DNA of 64,000 nucleotides from Eledone cirrhosa (GCA_964016885.1 OZ024743.1:155558001-155622000); one strand, 5' to 3'. Shown: positions 30,565 to 45,722, counted from the first letter of the stretch. The notes: generated by a model from the letters alone, not told the origin. Program-made: numbers and translations.

Positions 30565-33350
30565 CAGTGGTGGAACACTGGAAGGTAATATCCGTAGTGA
30601 TAGAGCACTCAGTCCAAGGGACGAGTTAGATAAAAGTGGTTACACAACAGTTAGTTCACTATACCGAGAACAATTGATTTACCTTCGCGGATCTTCAGCT
30701 CGGGATGCGTATGGTTATAATAACAGGAAGGACAACCGTACGAACGCGCATGCGCAGAAACTCGCTCCCTTTACACAGGCAATACTAGACTGCGTGCGGG
30801 AGGTGTAAGGGAGTATAACTGCGAAAGACCGGAGAGTTTTTAGGTTGAAAATAAAAAAAATTAAAAATAAAATATCAAAGAATCAATCCAGAGCCTTGTA
30901 GTTATGCAATAGATGTTTTGTGACGTGTGGACAACGTGTGAAAATTTCACTTCTTGTCTTTAGGCAATCACTATTGCGTAATCACTTTAGGAGAATTATT
31001 CGTTCGTCAATACGTAAGCCACACATCGGATTTCCCCTTGCGTATGGCTTGGACTTAGTGATGGCTTTCCATTGAATGGAGTAGCCTATACTTGAGTCCT
31101 TGAGGGACCATACGTGGCTTGCGAGTTTTGTGGATGAACGTCTGTCCGGGTATCTCAAGGTAGACTGGTGGTTCAGGAAACGCTCTTTAAATCGACCCTC
31201 TGCCATGCCCACATAGGATTTTACCTCCTGTGGTTCGTTTAGTCGGTTGCAAGTGACCACAGCTTCATAGATTATAGCTGGTGTGTTGCATTGCTGTTGA
31301 AGGGGAAAGCTTCAGGCTTACGGCAAGAGCACCGTGGTGGGGTGTTGTTCCTAGGGCTACTGGTGATGTACGCCTTCATTTTCTTAGAGCAGGAGTATCC
31401 TAGTTTAACTTTGTGTCGGTTAAACATGGAGCGGTATTTATGACCTATGGGGAAGTGTCTATCTAAGAGGGCTAGACATTTTTTTCCTCCATTGGTTTTA
31501 ACGTTGAGTGAGAAGGGAGGAGAGAATCTGATAGTTTTTCCATTAATGCGCTTACTTTTCTTAATGGTGTTGTTGCTAGTCGGAGAGTAGGTGATTGGTT
31601 GTGAGAAGCCGCTGTTAGCCAACGCCGTGTTATAGCAGGGTGCCGCCCTCTCAAAGATAGCCTTATTGGAGGAGAGGTTTGAGATTCTAGTACTGATATT
31701 CTTAACTAAGTTTCTAAAAATAGTGGGAGGGTGGCATGAGTCCTTGTGAATTTAATTAAGTTTCTCGTTTAGCTTATGTAAGGATCTGTGTTTGTGTGTG
31801 CAAAGGTCTAAATTAATGTCTAGGAAATCTACGGTAGAGAGGTTGGTGTCTACTGTTATCCTAAGGCCTAACTCATTGAAAGTAGAAGCTAAGTCTTTTT
31901 TTAAAACGGTCGAGGTCGTGACCACTTTCATGGCTCGATAAAGTCAGTCCATCGTCACGGTATATTCCCGAGCGGAAGTCCTGGAATCTAACACGTAATA
32001 TGTCGAAGATAAAAAGGCCAACCAAGTCACATACGCCAGTACTGTCAAACAATCCCATGGAGACGTCGAACAGGTCTGAAGATGTAGACTTCTTTGCCCA
32101 GGCTACTCCGTCGTTGAAGAGGAGCGTTTTCCGGCAGTGAGCGATGATTTCCCTGTCTAAACCATCGACGGTAGTATAAGTGATAGCGAAGTCCAACGCT
32201 TTGTTTAACAGTGTCTCTGAGATCGACGGGTAAAAATCGGCAATGTCAAACTGTGTGAACTTCGCTTTTTTGAATTTTAAGGAGTTAAACCACTTAATTA
32301 CGGAGTCGCTGTTCTCCCACTGGGGCAGGTTGGACTTGGTCCTAATGGTCTTAACTATGTTTCTATGTATAGTTTTAATTGACTAGTCCCATATCTGTGC
32401 GTGCCTCCTTTATTAGTCTACATGTGGGGTTAGAAGTAATGTCTACCTTGTGATCTTTCAGGGTGAGGAACGCCTCCCGCTTAGCTAGAGATTGTAGCTT
32501 CTTATCTACCTTAAAGTCGGTGGCGAGTTCCTTAGCTTCTGTATTAATGTTGTGGTAGGCCATAGGGTTAGCTTTCATATATTTAGAAGTAAAAGCGTTA
32601 TGGGCCAGGTTGCGGAAAGTGGTGTGTCGTCATCTTAAATATTATTAGTTTTGTCGGAAAGGACGAAGGTGTTATTAGAATACCTACATTTCTTAATATC
32701 GTTTCTGAGTTTCGTTTGAAAGGTGTTAGTGTGTTTGCTAAAGGAAATGTTAGCGACTAATTCAAGAAGGTCCGTTTCGAAAGGAGCAAGTTCGGTAACC
32801 TTAGGAGGGTAGGCTCTCGATTTCAAGTTGAAGGTATTGTTTGTGCCTGTAATTTTGCCGTCGAAAGCTAGGTCTCGCCATCTTAATCATCTGACGACAT
32901 CTTCCGCTTTTTGTCGGAGGAGCTTTCGGTAAACATGGTTGGAGGGATTTGGAATGTTCTACAGGGAGTAATTCAGTTCGAATACTGACGTTGATGAGAC
33001 GCAAAATTGTGTAGAACACGAGGATATATAGGGCGCTCTCAAGGTAGTAAGACAAACTCGCACGTGGAGAAGAATCTGATAAAAACCAAACTTCTCCGTA
33101 GTGAGGAGAATCTGCTGACCGCTGCTGGAGACGTATATAGTGGGGGAACACTGAGGAATTAAGTTAGACCTTCCCACACACACACAGACCCTTCCATAAG
33201 CTAAACGAGAAACTTAATTACATTCACAAGGACTCATGCCACCCTCCCACTGTTATTAGAAACTTCGATAAGAATATCAGTACTAGAATCTCAAACCTCT
33301 CCTCTAATAATGCTATATTTAACAGGGCGGCACCCTACTATAACACGGCA

Positions 33351-34090
33351 TTGGCTAACAGCGGCTTCTCACAACCTATCACCTACTCTCCCACTAGCAA
33401 CAACACCATTAAGAAAAGTAAGCGCATCAATAGACAAACTATCTGGTTTTCTCCTCCCTTCTCACTCAACGTTAAAACCAATGTAGGAAAAATATTTCTA
33501 GCCCTTTTAGATAGACACTTCCCCTTATGTCATAAATACCGCTGCATGTTTAACCGACACAAAGTTAAACTAGGATACTCATGCGCTAGAACATGAAGGC
33601 GTACATCACCAGCAGCATGAGGAGCAACACCCCACCATGGTGCTCTTGCCGTAAGCCTGAAAATTGCCCCCTTCAACAGCAATGCAACACACTAGCTGTA
33701 ATCTATGAAGCTGGGGTCACTTCCAACCGACCAAACGAACCACAGGAGGTCAAATCCTATGTGGGCATGGCGGAGGGCCGATTCAAGGAGCATTTCCTGA
33801 ACCAACATGCTACCTTCAGATACCCGGACAGACGTTCATCCAGGAAACTCGCGAGCCACGTATGGTCCCTCAAGGACTCAAGTATAGGCTACTCCATTAA
33901 ATGGAAAGCCATCACTAAGTCGAAGCCATACGCAAGGGGAAACCCGACGTGTAGCTTATGTATTGACGAACGAATAACTATTCTAAAGAGATTACGCAAT
34001 AGTAATTGCCTAAACACGAGAAGTGAATTTTTTAAACATTGTCCACACGTCACCATACATCTATTGCATAACTACAAGGCTCCGGACTGA
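33351..34090 (+). pseudogene. PLE linker + GIY-YIG endonuclease (one frameshift)
   Basis: ORFs 33351-33596 and 33593-34090, ending CSLCIDER...LNTRSEFFKHCPH. Confidence 0.85.
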
Positions 34091-34271
34091 TTCTTTGTAA
34101 TTTTATTTCTAATTGTTTTATTATTTTCAACCTAAAAACTCTCCGGACTTTCGCAGTTATCTCCCTTACATCCCCCCGCACGCAGTCTAGTATTGCCTGT
34201 GTGAAGTGACCGAGTTTCTACGCATGCGCATTCGTACGGTTGTCCTTCCTGTTCCTATAACCATACACATC

Positions 34272-34311
34272 CCGAGCTGAAGATCCGCAAAGGTGAAACA
34301 ATTGTTCTCGG
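34272..34311 (+). ncRNA. Minimal type I hammerhead ribozyme (family C pLTR)
   Basis: CCGAG-CTGAAGA-T CC GCAAA GG T-GAAAC AATT GTT-CTCGG; palindromic stem III. Copies at 30663-30703 (-) and 13533-13573 (-). Confidence 0.8.
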
Positions 34312-34339
34312 TATAGTGAACTAACTGTTGTGTAACCAC

Positions 34340-34406
<67 letters not shown>

Positions 34407-34408
<2 letters not shown>

Positions 34409-35188
34409 AAATAAGTTAAATATCTCTGTGGGTACAAAGTACACATAGAGATAAATAGGGTGTATGTAATATATTTGTTGTTCGATGGTACTAATTTGAG
34501 ATACCATAACTATACATAGTGAGATGAGCAGAACAAACAAATACTAAACAATTCCTTAAACAAATGTTAAAATGATTCAAATACCTACCTGTTGATAATG
34601 CTATTACCGGTGTTTCGCTTCACAAAAGATTAGAAATTCAGAGAATTTCTAATGGAAAACTAAAGTTCATCAGATAGCTATTTCCACTCTATAGGATCAA
34701 GTCCCACTGCCTGCAAATATATTGCCAACTACCAGCTCGTATGAGTTATGGTCGTTACAGTGACCCACACATGAACTGGTCGCCAATAAAAGCGGGAATA
34801 TTACAGACCCGCAGCTGGCTTTGGTGCTAAAAAATAGCAGTAAGCAACAACGAATTTTTTTTCTCTACATAGATTGGAAAATGTATAAAATAGGGTAAAT
34901 ATATGTCTGGGTTTTAAGTACTCATAGAGATATAGAGGGTGGGTCACTTTAACGGCCATAACACATATGAGCTGGTAGTTGGCAATATATTTGCATATTG
35001 TGGGTCTTGATCCTATAGAGTAGAAATAGCTACCTGATGAACTCTACTTTTCCAGTAGACATGCTCGGAATTTCTGATCTTTTGTAAATCTAAAACGCCG
35101 GTAATGCATTATGAAAAGGTAGATATTTAAATCATTTTCTTAATTTTTTAAAGGAATTGTTTAGTATTTGTTGGTTCTGCTCATCTCA

Positions 35189-35190
<2 letters not shown>
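34407..35190. mobile_element. Non-coding inverted-pLTR mini-element with HHRs
   Basis: About 34520-34770 is the reverse complement of about 34940-35190; no ORF; (TA)n flanks. Confidence 0.8.
34600..34678 (-). ncRNA. Type I hammerhead ribozyme with long stem II
   Basis: GCTAT-CTGATGA-A CTT...(ATTAGAAATTC TCT GAATTTCTAAT)...AAG C-GAAAC ACCG GTA-ATAGC; degenerate partner at about 35030-35107 (+). Confidence 0.75.
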
Positions 35191-35223
<33 letters not shown>

Positions 35224-35350
35224 AAAGTTTTATTTAAAATTGTTGGGTTACAACATGTAAATATTTTATAACTGATATAAAGCACTCGACAAGTTTTGGA
35301 GTAGATATACGATATTAAACAAATGGAAACTATATTTATAAAACCATATT

Positions 35351-35416
35351 TATTTCATTATACATATTTCGGCGATACCATATTAAACATATGGCATGCC
35401 TTCTTCAGATAAAATA
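35351..35416 (-). ncRNA. Type I hammerhead ribozyme (family A pLTR)
   Basis: TATTTTAT-CTGAAGA-A-GGC ATGCCATA...TATGGTAT C GCC-GAAAT ATGT ATA-ATGAAATA; the upstream copy (39485-39548) has core CTGTAGA. Confidence 0.72.
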
Positions 35417-37076
35417 CAATATATAAACAGTTTTATAAATAATTTTGACGTACCATAAATATTGAGCAACCTTTATGTAAGAAGCTGGTTTGGTAGTGAG
35501 ATGTTTATAAATATTTAGTTTTAAGCACAGTTAAAAAGAAAGACGGAGAAAAAGAAGAAATGTATGTAAAGAAAAACAGAGAGAAATAGAGAGAGATCGG
35601 GGAGAGAGAAATAGTGAGGAGGTGAAAAAAGAGAGGCAGCTGAGGCAACATATGAATAATAATAATTCATCATACAAATTGAGAGATTTAGGAGGGAGGG
35701 AGTACTGTAATTAGTTAGTTATAGTGTTAAGGACAGTTGGGGAGGAGACGGAGAGAAATAAAAAATGAAGAGAAAACAGAGAGAGAGAGAAAGATAGAGG
35801 TGGGGGAAAAAAGAGGTAGACCAAATAATAATAATTATATATGGGGAGGTGAGAGAAATAGGAGAGAAATAAGAGAGAAATAAGAGAGAAATAAGAGAGA
35901 AACTCGAGAGGCAAAGTTAAAATAACCGATACATAGACTTCATCATATATAAAGAGGGATGAGAAGAAAGAACTATATCTAGAGAGAGGGATGATAGATT
36001 TACATCTTTACGTTATGTCCTATCAATTTGAATTATCAATTCATATGAATTGGATAATACAATGTAAATATCAATATTCATGAATGAGGCATAGATATAT
36101 AATGTGTGAAAAATAATGACCATATGATTAGTTTAAAATTCTGAGGTCGATGTACCAAAACTGAGATAAAACTTCAAAAAAATACGGAAATATATAAGTA
36201 TATACATACACATGCATATTCACTTTCCGGAAAAGGAAAGAAAGAGAAAAAGAGAAGATCATCTCAAGTTCTAGTTGATACTATAGACATACCCATGATC
36301 TTACGTTATCAACTCTGTAATTTCTTGTTTCACAGAAACAATTTTGTTCCCTTGTGTTATAAAAGATTTTACTATATATATATATACATAAAAAAATATT
36401 AATATTCTTGCCCTCACATACATGATTATCGTTCATGTATAGAATATTATGAATATCTGTAACATATCCAGAACTATACCCACACATACATATATATATA
36501 TATATATATGTATGCACACATATATGTACATGGACAGATAAAATAAACAGATAAAATAAAATATACTCTGTAATCATTCCATATGCATATTAATACATAT
36601 GGCCTTTGGACAGAGACAACCAGATATCAATATATCAGCACAGAGATATCAAAACGTTAAAAATATTTTCATCACTCCCTAGAGTATCTCGGGCCGTAAA
36701 AAACACAGTATGCCCCCCATATCAACCACAGAAATCTACCCTTCCAATTTATCTGACAATATATTGCCAAGTTCATTAGAAGCAATCAGAATCAAAAAGC
36801 AAACAAAAAAAACAAAAATTATTCAACAAAACTTATTTAGCAGAAATCATTTAAAGGATTTAGGAGACCCTGTAGTTCTACGGATGCTTTTATATTTAGT
36901 ATAGAAGTTTATCTAGCGTAAAATTTATTCAATAGATTGGGAGCATTTACATTTTAGGGTAGTTTAATTACATCATTAGTATATATTTATGAAGAAGGTT
37001 TAAAAGAAAAAGTCGAAGGAATCGAAAGATTTATCGTCAGGTTTCATACATTAATTAAATATCTTAATTAATTATA

Positions 37077-39303
37077 CTACATTTTAAATTTATATTTATA
37101 TTTAAACGTTGAGTTCAATCTATGTCTGCAGCAACTGAATAAATTGCTCCTTAAATTAAGGGAATTTTTGGATTTTAATATAAAGAGTATCTCCTCCACA
37201 CAGAGGTCACATGTCTCCGATGAGAAATTAAAAGGAATCCCTCTTGAGACAATATTCCAAAACATCGAATACCCAACGTTATCATGTTTAAGTTGCCAGA
37301 GTAAGCCTGATAGTGAAGTTGAAGATTTTTTGTTTGGATCTGTGAAAGAATTCTTATGATTATTGTAGCGAAGTTTAAATTCTGTCGAGGTGGAACCAAC
37401 ATAGTTAAAATAATTTGAGTTAGTTTTAACATTACAATTGTATATTATATCTTTAACTAAGCAATTGTTATTTAACGGACATTTAGATTTATTTCTACAG
37501 TTACAGTTGTTTAATTGAATATTGTTTTGGCTATTATCGGTATTTTGGCTAGGTTTTAGATTCCTATTATTTATTCTGTTAATATTTTGTGCTAAATTTT
37601 TGGTGGACGAGTAAGTTAATTTTATAGTATGTCTATTAAAAATTGAGTGATATTTATGTGTTCTAGGGAAGAGTTTGTCAAGAGCATTAAAACATAGTTT
37701 AGCAATGTGGGTTTTAATATTTAGTGAGAAGGGGGGGGGGGCAAACCATATTATATTTCTAGTTCTATTTCTTTTCCGGCTTTTGGAATTATTGTAATGT
37801 TTTCTAATATAGTTGTTAAAGTTGTTACCGTAATTAAAATTGTTATTATTTTGGTTAATTTGCCTATTATTATCGATTATTGCCTATTTTATCATTATAT
37901 CCTGCTCTAGCTAACGCTTCATTGTAATACTACGCTTTTTCGTCGAAAATATTTTTATTAGATGAAATTCTTGAGATACGTTCTTGAACAGAGTTCACTA
38001 TAGTATTTTTAACAGATCTGGGGTGATTAGAGTTAAAATTGACATAATTCAAGTTTTCATTTAGTTTGTGAAATGGATAGTGAAGACATGTGTTGAGATT
38101 TAGTGTTACATCTAGGAAATTGACTATTCTATGGTTATTCTCTATTTCTATTTTTAGATTAAGGTAATTAAAAAAATTGCATAATTTGTTTTCTTTTTCT
38201 ATTTAGTTCAGAGTTATTATTTTCAATAAGTAAAAGCAAGTCATCACGATATAATCCTCCGGTTACACCAGGTATTTTTCTATGCAGCAAAGTAATTATA
38301 AATAGGCCCACAAGGTCTGTTACCTGAGCTGAGTCAGATGATCCCATAGTAATGTCGAAATTATTATCTCTATCTGCCCTAGTCCATAGTTGGTTATTAC
38401 ATTCTATCAAAGTTTTCCTTGCAGATAATATAATGTACATTTCATTGCTAGTTAGGTCTGTATGTTTGAATGCGTAATTTAGTGCCTTATTCAGTAGATT
38501 AGGGGCAATAGAGGAATAGTAGTTAGCAATATCTAGTCGAATAAATGTATTATTATTGTTATATTAATTTCTTTAAACCACTCAATAACCTCACCAGTCC
38601 CCTTCCATAAGTTTAAGTTAGGTAAATTATGTAAGTTTTTAATTTGCTGTATCACCCTGTCTAGAATGTTTTTGCTAAGTTTACCCAGGTCAGATTTTGA
38701 TGGTGCAATCAATCTGACTGGCAAATCATTTTCAAAATTTCTTTTGTGATCTTTCATATTGATCTTGGGTTTCCTAGGCAAGAAGGGTTGTGTTTTGTTC
38801 TCAATGTCCAACTCATGCATTATACAAGATGCCTCAACATTCATTTCTTCCAGTTCGTCCTTATTTGCTACCTTGTACTTTTTCCTTAGTTCTTTCAATA
38901 TAAGGCCATTATACATGTCTTTTTGCACTCCATAAAGGTTGTTGGTTTTGTCCGATTTCACCAAGATCTTCTCTGTTCTCTCCAAGCCTTCAATATTATC
39001 CTTAATGCTTCTTAGATAGTCCTGGCCTTTGAAGTTTCTCTTGAATTTGATTCCTTGGATGATAGAAATTATATCGTTTTCATAATCCATTAAAAGTTTG
39101 TTGGGGGGTGGATTTTTTTTAGATTTGAAAACTTTATCTAAGTCTGAAACATTTTCATTTAGATTAGATTTATCAAAGTGGAAGGCACGCCACCTGATTC
39201 TTCTTATATACGAGTCTGATTTTTCTATTAATTGTTTAATAAAGTCTTTGTTCTTAGGTAGAGGTATGTCTTTTAGAGAAGAAGATATCTTAAAGAATTC
39301 CAT
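37077..39303 (-). pseudogene. PLE RT + GIY-YIG ORF, disrupted
   Basis: ORFs 38533-39303, 38168-38440 and 37077-37265. Confidence 0.88.
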
Positions 39304-40324
39304 TTTTTTCAGTTATAATATAAAGCGCTCAACAGTATTGGAGCAAAAATATATGCAAAAGTTTTATTTAAGATTGTTGGGTCACAACAAGTAAATATTT
39401 TATAACTGATATAAAGCACTCGACAAGTTATGGAGTAGATATACCATATTAAACAAATGGAAACTATATTTATAAAACCATATTTATTTCATTATACATA
39501 TTTCGGGGATACCATATTAAACATACGGCATGCCTTCTACAGATAATATACGAATATTAATATTTTTTTTTATGTGAAAAAGAAAGGGTGAAAGTTACTT
39601 CTACAGAAAAATTGCCTTTGAAAGTATAAGCCTGAAAACCGTTGGCGTTCCGCAGGGGTAAAAATGGGAGAACGAACGGAAAATAAATAAATCACAGTTT
39701 GTTGAAAGCGCGCTTCTGTCCGCAATTTGAAGTTGTTTGGCTCAAAATCATTATTTTTTTTTTCACTCAATAAACGTGTAAATATGTTATACACAAAATA
39801 TAATAATATCTGAGTTGGATGATAGATGTTTTAAAAAAAAATTTTAAGCGTATATAGGAGAGGGTTGCAGCATGTATTTTTTTTCGATTTTTAAGGGGAG
39901 TAGAGAGAGTAAATCAGATTGTATTAGAGGTGTAAAGCGTCATGTATTTAACGTTTATCTCTGTCTCTCAGTCTCTGGCTCACTTATTTATTTGTTTCTC
40001 TCTCTCTAAAGGAAATTATTAAGGAGTGGGTTTATAACGGTATATAAGATAAGGTTGCAGCATGTATTTTTTTTCGATTTTTAAGGGGAGTAAAGAGAGT
40101 ATATCAGATTGTATTAGAGGAGTAAAACGTCATGTATTTAGTTTTATCGATTATTTCCGTAATTGAGTTTGAATGAAATAAATAGTCATAAACCCAAGTT
40201 AGACTATTTACAACATTCTTACAGACTTTGAGTCGAATTGCTTTGAAATTGTGCAAATGTATAAACACGGAAGGTGCACACACACACAGCAACAACAATC
40301 TGCCTTTTATAGATAATCATATAT

Positions 40325-40436
40325 ATAGGAAAAAGTATGACCGCGACGGCAGAGCTCAAGCTGTTTCGACGGCTATGTCCAGACATAGCCGTCGAAACGG
40401 CTTGTGCTCTGCCGTCGGGGTCATACTTTTTCCTAT
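40325..40436. repeat. GC-rich near-perfect 55-bp-arm hairpin
   Basis: ATAGGAAAAAGTATGACC...GGCTATGTC CA GACATAGCC...GGTCATACTTTTTCCTAT. Confidence 0.9.
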
Positions 40437-40512
40437 TTCCCACTCTACTAGCTAGGTATTGAGTACTCTGGTGCGTTATGATCCATCTGGTTCCTTACCA
40501 CAATTCCTTTGT

Positions 40513-40543
<31 letters not shown>

Positions 40544-40834
40544 TTATTTTATTTTGTGCAATTGCTTACCACGTGTGTTTGATTATTTTTATTTGTTTTT
40601 TTCCTCTCTCGTATCGTTCTCAAAGAGCTATTTATTCATTTTTTTATTTTTATATTTGACTTTAATCATTTTTTGCTTTTATTTATTTATTTATTTATCA
40701 TTATGACTTCATGTATATGTATTCGTCTATGCCTGTTAATGCGTCAGTTTATTTTTTATGTGTATATATGTGCGTGTGGGAATGTGTGGGTATTTATGTG
40801 TGTGTATATGCATATTTATATACATATGTATAAT

Positions 40835-40865
<31 letters not shown>

Positions 40866-41436
40866 CTGTGTTTATATACTTATTATTTAATAGCTTTTTA
40901 TCTTCTTCCCTCAGCTTCACTTTAATTTTTTCTTTTATTTTTGTTGTCAAATCCACTTTCAATAAACACACCGGCATTCTTTCATTCTAACGACTGAAAG
41001 CAGATTTGTTTGCTTTCAAGAAACCACTGGTAAATGAAATAATATTCTTATGTTGTGTATTACATAATTATATATATTATATATTACAATACCAATTAAG
41101 AAGTTAGATGCAGGTAATTTCAACCTCAACATAGTGCACATCCCTCTCTCTCTACCTCGTAAAATGTATATGTATATATGTATATGTGTATATATGTATA
41201 TGTGTATGTGTGTGCATGATTATTTATATATATAAATATATATACCACAGACCCTCCATCTCAACTCACCTTTTGAAAAGCAGAAGAACTGCGAACCCGG
41301 TAAAGGAACCAAATAAATATATGTATTTAAAAAAAAATAAGACTCCAGTTAGATTTTCGATTTCATCTCTTTTTCTTTATACTTTCACTCGTGTAGGACA
41401 CCTCGGTTATTTTTCATTTTGTAAAACTCACTTTCT

Positions 41437-41479
<43 letters not shown>

Positions 41480-41655
41480 CCCAACATTGATCTGGTAGTT
41501 TTTTTTTATCCAACTTCAAATGATAAATGTCAAAGTTAACGACGGCTGGTTTGAATTCAGGACGCTAAGTGAGGTGGTACGAAAACCGTAAATCAATCTA
41601 TCCGACGTGTTAGCGATTCCGCCAATTCGATGCCTATACATATATATACATCTAT

Positions 41656-42756
<1,101 letters not shown>

Positions 42757-43075
42757 GTTAAAATACTGGAGCGTGTTGGAGTTAAACACCGTCTTCGTAT
42801 TATAGAAATGAGAAAATTTCTTAAAGAAACATTTCCCCCCTTCTCATAAATACCATAGTATTTTTTATAAAAATGTTATTAAACTTTCATTCTTTACCAC
42901 CCCTAATATTAGTTCTCATTTAGCTAGCACTAACAATAGGAAAATTAGGGATGGATTCTCCTCTCTACATACTACTAGTCTGAACAGATCTGGAAATGCA
43001 TTACCACCAGAACAGACCTTATCTAATAGCAATCCTACGTGTAATGCATCACCACTTGAGCCAACCAATAACACC

Positions 43076-43534
43076 CGGAAGTGCAACTGTAGAGTGAGTG
43101 CTAACTGCCCTTTAAACGTTAACTTCCTTTCTAAGAACATTGTCTATGCTTGCGTAGTTATAACTAATTCCTCTAATAGAACTTATATAGGCTCTATATC
43201 TAACACTTTTAAGACTAGGTTTAACTCTCATATCTCTAATTTCAAACATGTTAAGTTTAAGAATTCTACTTCTTTAGCACATTATATCTGGGATCTTAAG
43301 GGGGCTAATATACCATATAGCCTTAACTGGCGTTTAGTAGCATGCTCTAATAACCTTTCTACACATACTAAATTTTGTAATCTCTGTATCCTCGAGACAC
43401 ACTCTATAATTTTCTCTAGCGAATCCTTACTTAATAGAAAGTCTGAGATATTCTCTTCTTGCCCCCACGCTATTTCTAATTCATACTTTTATTATAAACC
43501 TAAACGTTCTAGTAGTACAAATTGTATCCATTAG
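43076..43534 (+). pseudogene. GIY-YIG endonuclease domain of PLE
   Basis: ORF 43094-43534 with IVY/YIG motifs and the Cys/His zinc ligands. Confidence 0.85.
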
Positions 43535-45271
43535 CTGATATATTCCATTACTTATTTTTTAGTTTAGGTTCTTTTGTTTACCACCATTATTATCATCATT
43601 ATTTTCATTGGTTTTTGATGACTCTTTATTCTAGCTCTCATAATCTTTTGGCTACTATACCATATCTATCTTCTTACGCATTAAATTTTCACTATTAACA
43701 CCTTATTTCATTTTATTTTATTTTATTTTATTTTATTTTTATTTTTATTTTTATTCGGATTCTTCTTTGCGCACATAAACTTATTGTCAACCCCTCCAAA
43801 TAGACTATGATTATATTTAATCCTCCCCCCTCTTTTACGCTCCTTTCTATTATTTAATATAGTATATTGACTATGATTTTATGCCCCTTTGTATCCTCCA
43901 TATATTTCTTCATTTCTGTCCCTATTAGCCTACCATAATTCTGCTTAAGTCAGTTTTTTAGATATCGTTATGTATATGATATATATTATAGTAAAAAATT
44001 TCATTCCTTTTTGTAAACATTTGTAACAAAATATTAACGTTTATAAACTTTAATTACTTAAACTATAGCTAATATTATACTGCCTTATTGGATATTTTAA
44101 ATATTTTAAATATTAATTTATCAAATAGGGTTTTCGAGTCATTTACCGGGGTTATTTCCTTAGTTTTTACTTAACTGCATGTGAGACCTAAATGTATACT
44201 TTTGTTTTTGTTTTTAATTTCCGGTTGATTCTATTTATTTATTTTATTCTATATTTTATATTTTATATTTTATTTGTAATACTACTGTGCATTATATTTA
44301 TTGTCTGTCCCTTACTCACTCATCCACATACATGTCTGTTTACCAACCTTGTAATTATAAGTAATTATATATTATATTATGTTAATTATTTTATATAATA
44401 TATTATATTATATTGTATTTGTTATTGTAATATCGATCCTTATTACTTACCGTTAATTATATGTAACATTATGATATGTTAAACTTTATATATCATGTAA
44501 GATGTTTACATTTTTTTGTACCATCATAATTTTGGGGTATTGTATAATTTATTTTTCCTCACCTACTCTGTAACTCTATATGAATTGATTTGTTAACTTG
44601 AATGCCATTATATATTGTATATTATAAATGTTAGTATATTATTATTATAGTATTATTGCGACATCTATATTGTTTGTGTTAATTAACTGGAGATTATCTA
44701 TTCTATTCTATTATATTATATAGTATATAATTGTATAGTTTATTATTTAATATATGTGCTACTTATAATAATATCATATTATTACCTCATGTATATTGGG
44801 TATATGTATTATTATTATTATTATTATTATTTTCATTCCTATCATGCTTATTTATATTTAAACTCTTAATAAGGTTTAATTTGTGAAGTTGAAGATGGAT
44901 ATGTGTATTGATGTATGTGTATGTGTGCGTACGTGTGCGTACATATATACATATGTATATTGTACCTTTTAATTGTTATTGTAATTTTAATATTGGTAAA
45001 GGTATATTATATATTATATTACATTGTATTATATATAATTCCTGCTCTATATAATCACCTTTGTTTAGCTCTAAGTTTTTTTTGCTCTGGACTATATTTG
45101 TAATATGGTTCTTAATGTTATACACCTCCTTAGTAATTTTTATTATATATTTTTATTATTTTTATTATATATTTTTACCCATAATCTTGCAATACTTTAG
45201 TGTATTTACACTCAATATTCTTCGGAGTTTCCGGTATGTATTGGCCGATAATACTTCTTGTTGTTTTAATT

Positions 45272-45309
45272 GCCCTGATGAGTCCTTAATAGGACGAAAC
45301 ATTGTCGGC
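45272..45309 (+). ncRNA. Canonical minimal type I hammerhead ribozyme
   Basis: GCC-CTGATGA-GTCCT TAAT AGGAC-GAAAC ATT GTC-GGC; all core positions match the consensus. Confidence 0.92.
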
Positions 45310-45354
45310 TAATAAAGACTGTTGATGTATTGAAGGCTTCTTTGTTTTACTTTC

Positions 45355-45429
<75 letters not shown>

Positions 45430-45677
45430 CTGTACATAAATGTAAGCATACGTATGCACATACGCTCTCAGTGATTACATATGTGAAATTTGACAGCATA
45501 GCTGGTGCTACATAGATGAAACTTTCATCACCGATTTTTACTCTCTCATGTTTTTTTACACCACGCCCCCCCCTCTCTCTCTCTCTCTCTCTCCCTCTCT
45601 CTCTCTATCTCTTTCTCTCTCTCTCTCTATATATATATATCTCCCTATCTCTCTCTCTCTCTCTGTCTCTCTATATC

Positions 45678-45722
<45 letters not shown>

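Larger units (their letters stand above)
30565..34342. mobile_element. Palindromic Penelope-like element, family C (Hydra-clade-like)
   Basis: Near full-length decayed left arm 30565-about 33155 (-) with FLTLKDHK, FDVSMG, GIYRDDGL. Right arm about 33157-34342 (+) with WFSPPFSLNVKT, CSCRKPENCPLQQQC, VIY..YVGMAE. (TA)n flanks. Confidence 0.92.
35221..39560 (-). mobile_element. Near full-length family A PLE with direct pLTRs
   Basis: pLTR copies at 39350-39560 and 35221-35460 in the same orientation. ORF from ATG 39303 to 37077 (SLKDIPLP, RRIRWRA, SDKTNNLY, KDHK, GGLYRDD, CDLCVEE, CRH) with frameshifts. About 1.8-kb 3' region. Confidence 0.9.

Noticed and set aside
35221-39560. LTR retrotransposon
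   Set aside because: No gag, protease or integrase and no TG..CA ends; the RT and GIY-YIG are PLE type.
39860-40145. ~90-bp direct repeat pair
   Set aside because: Looks like an ordinary local duplication with no further structure.
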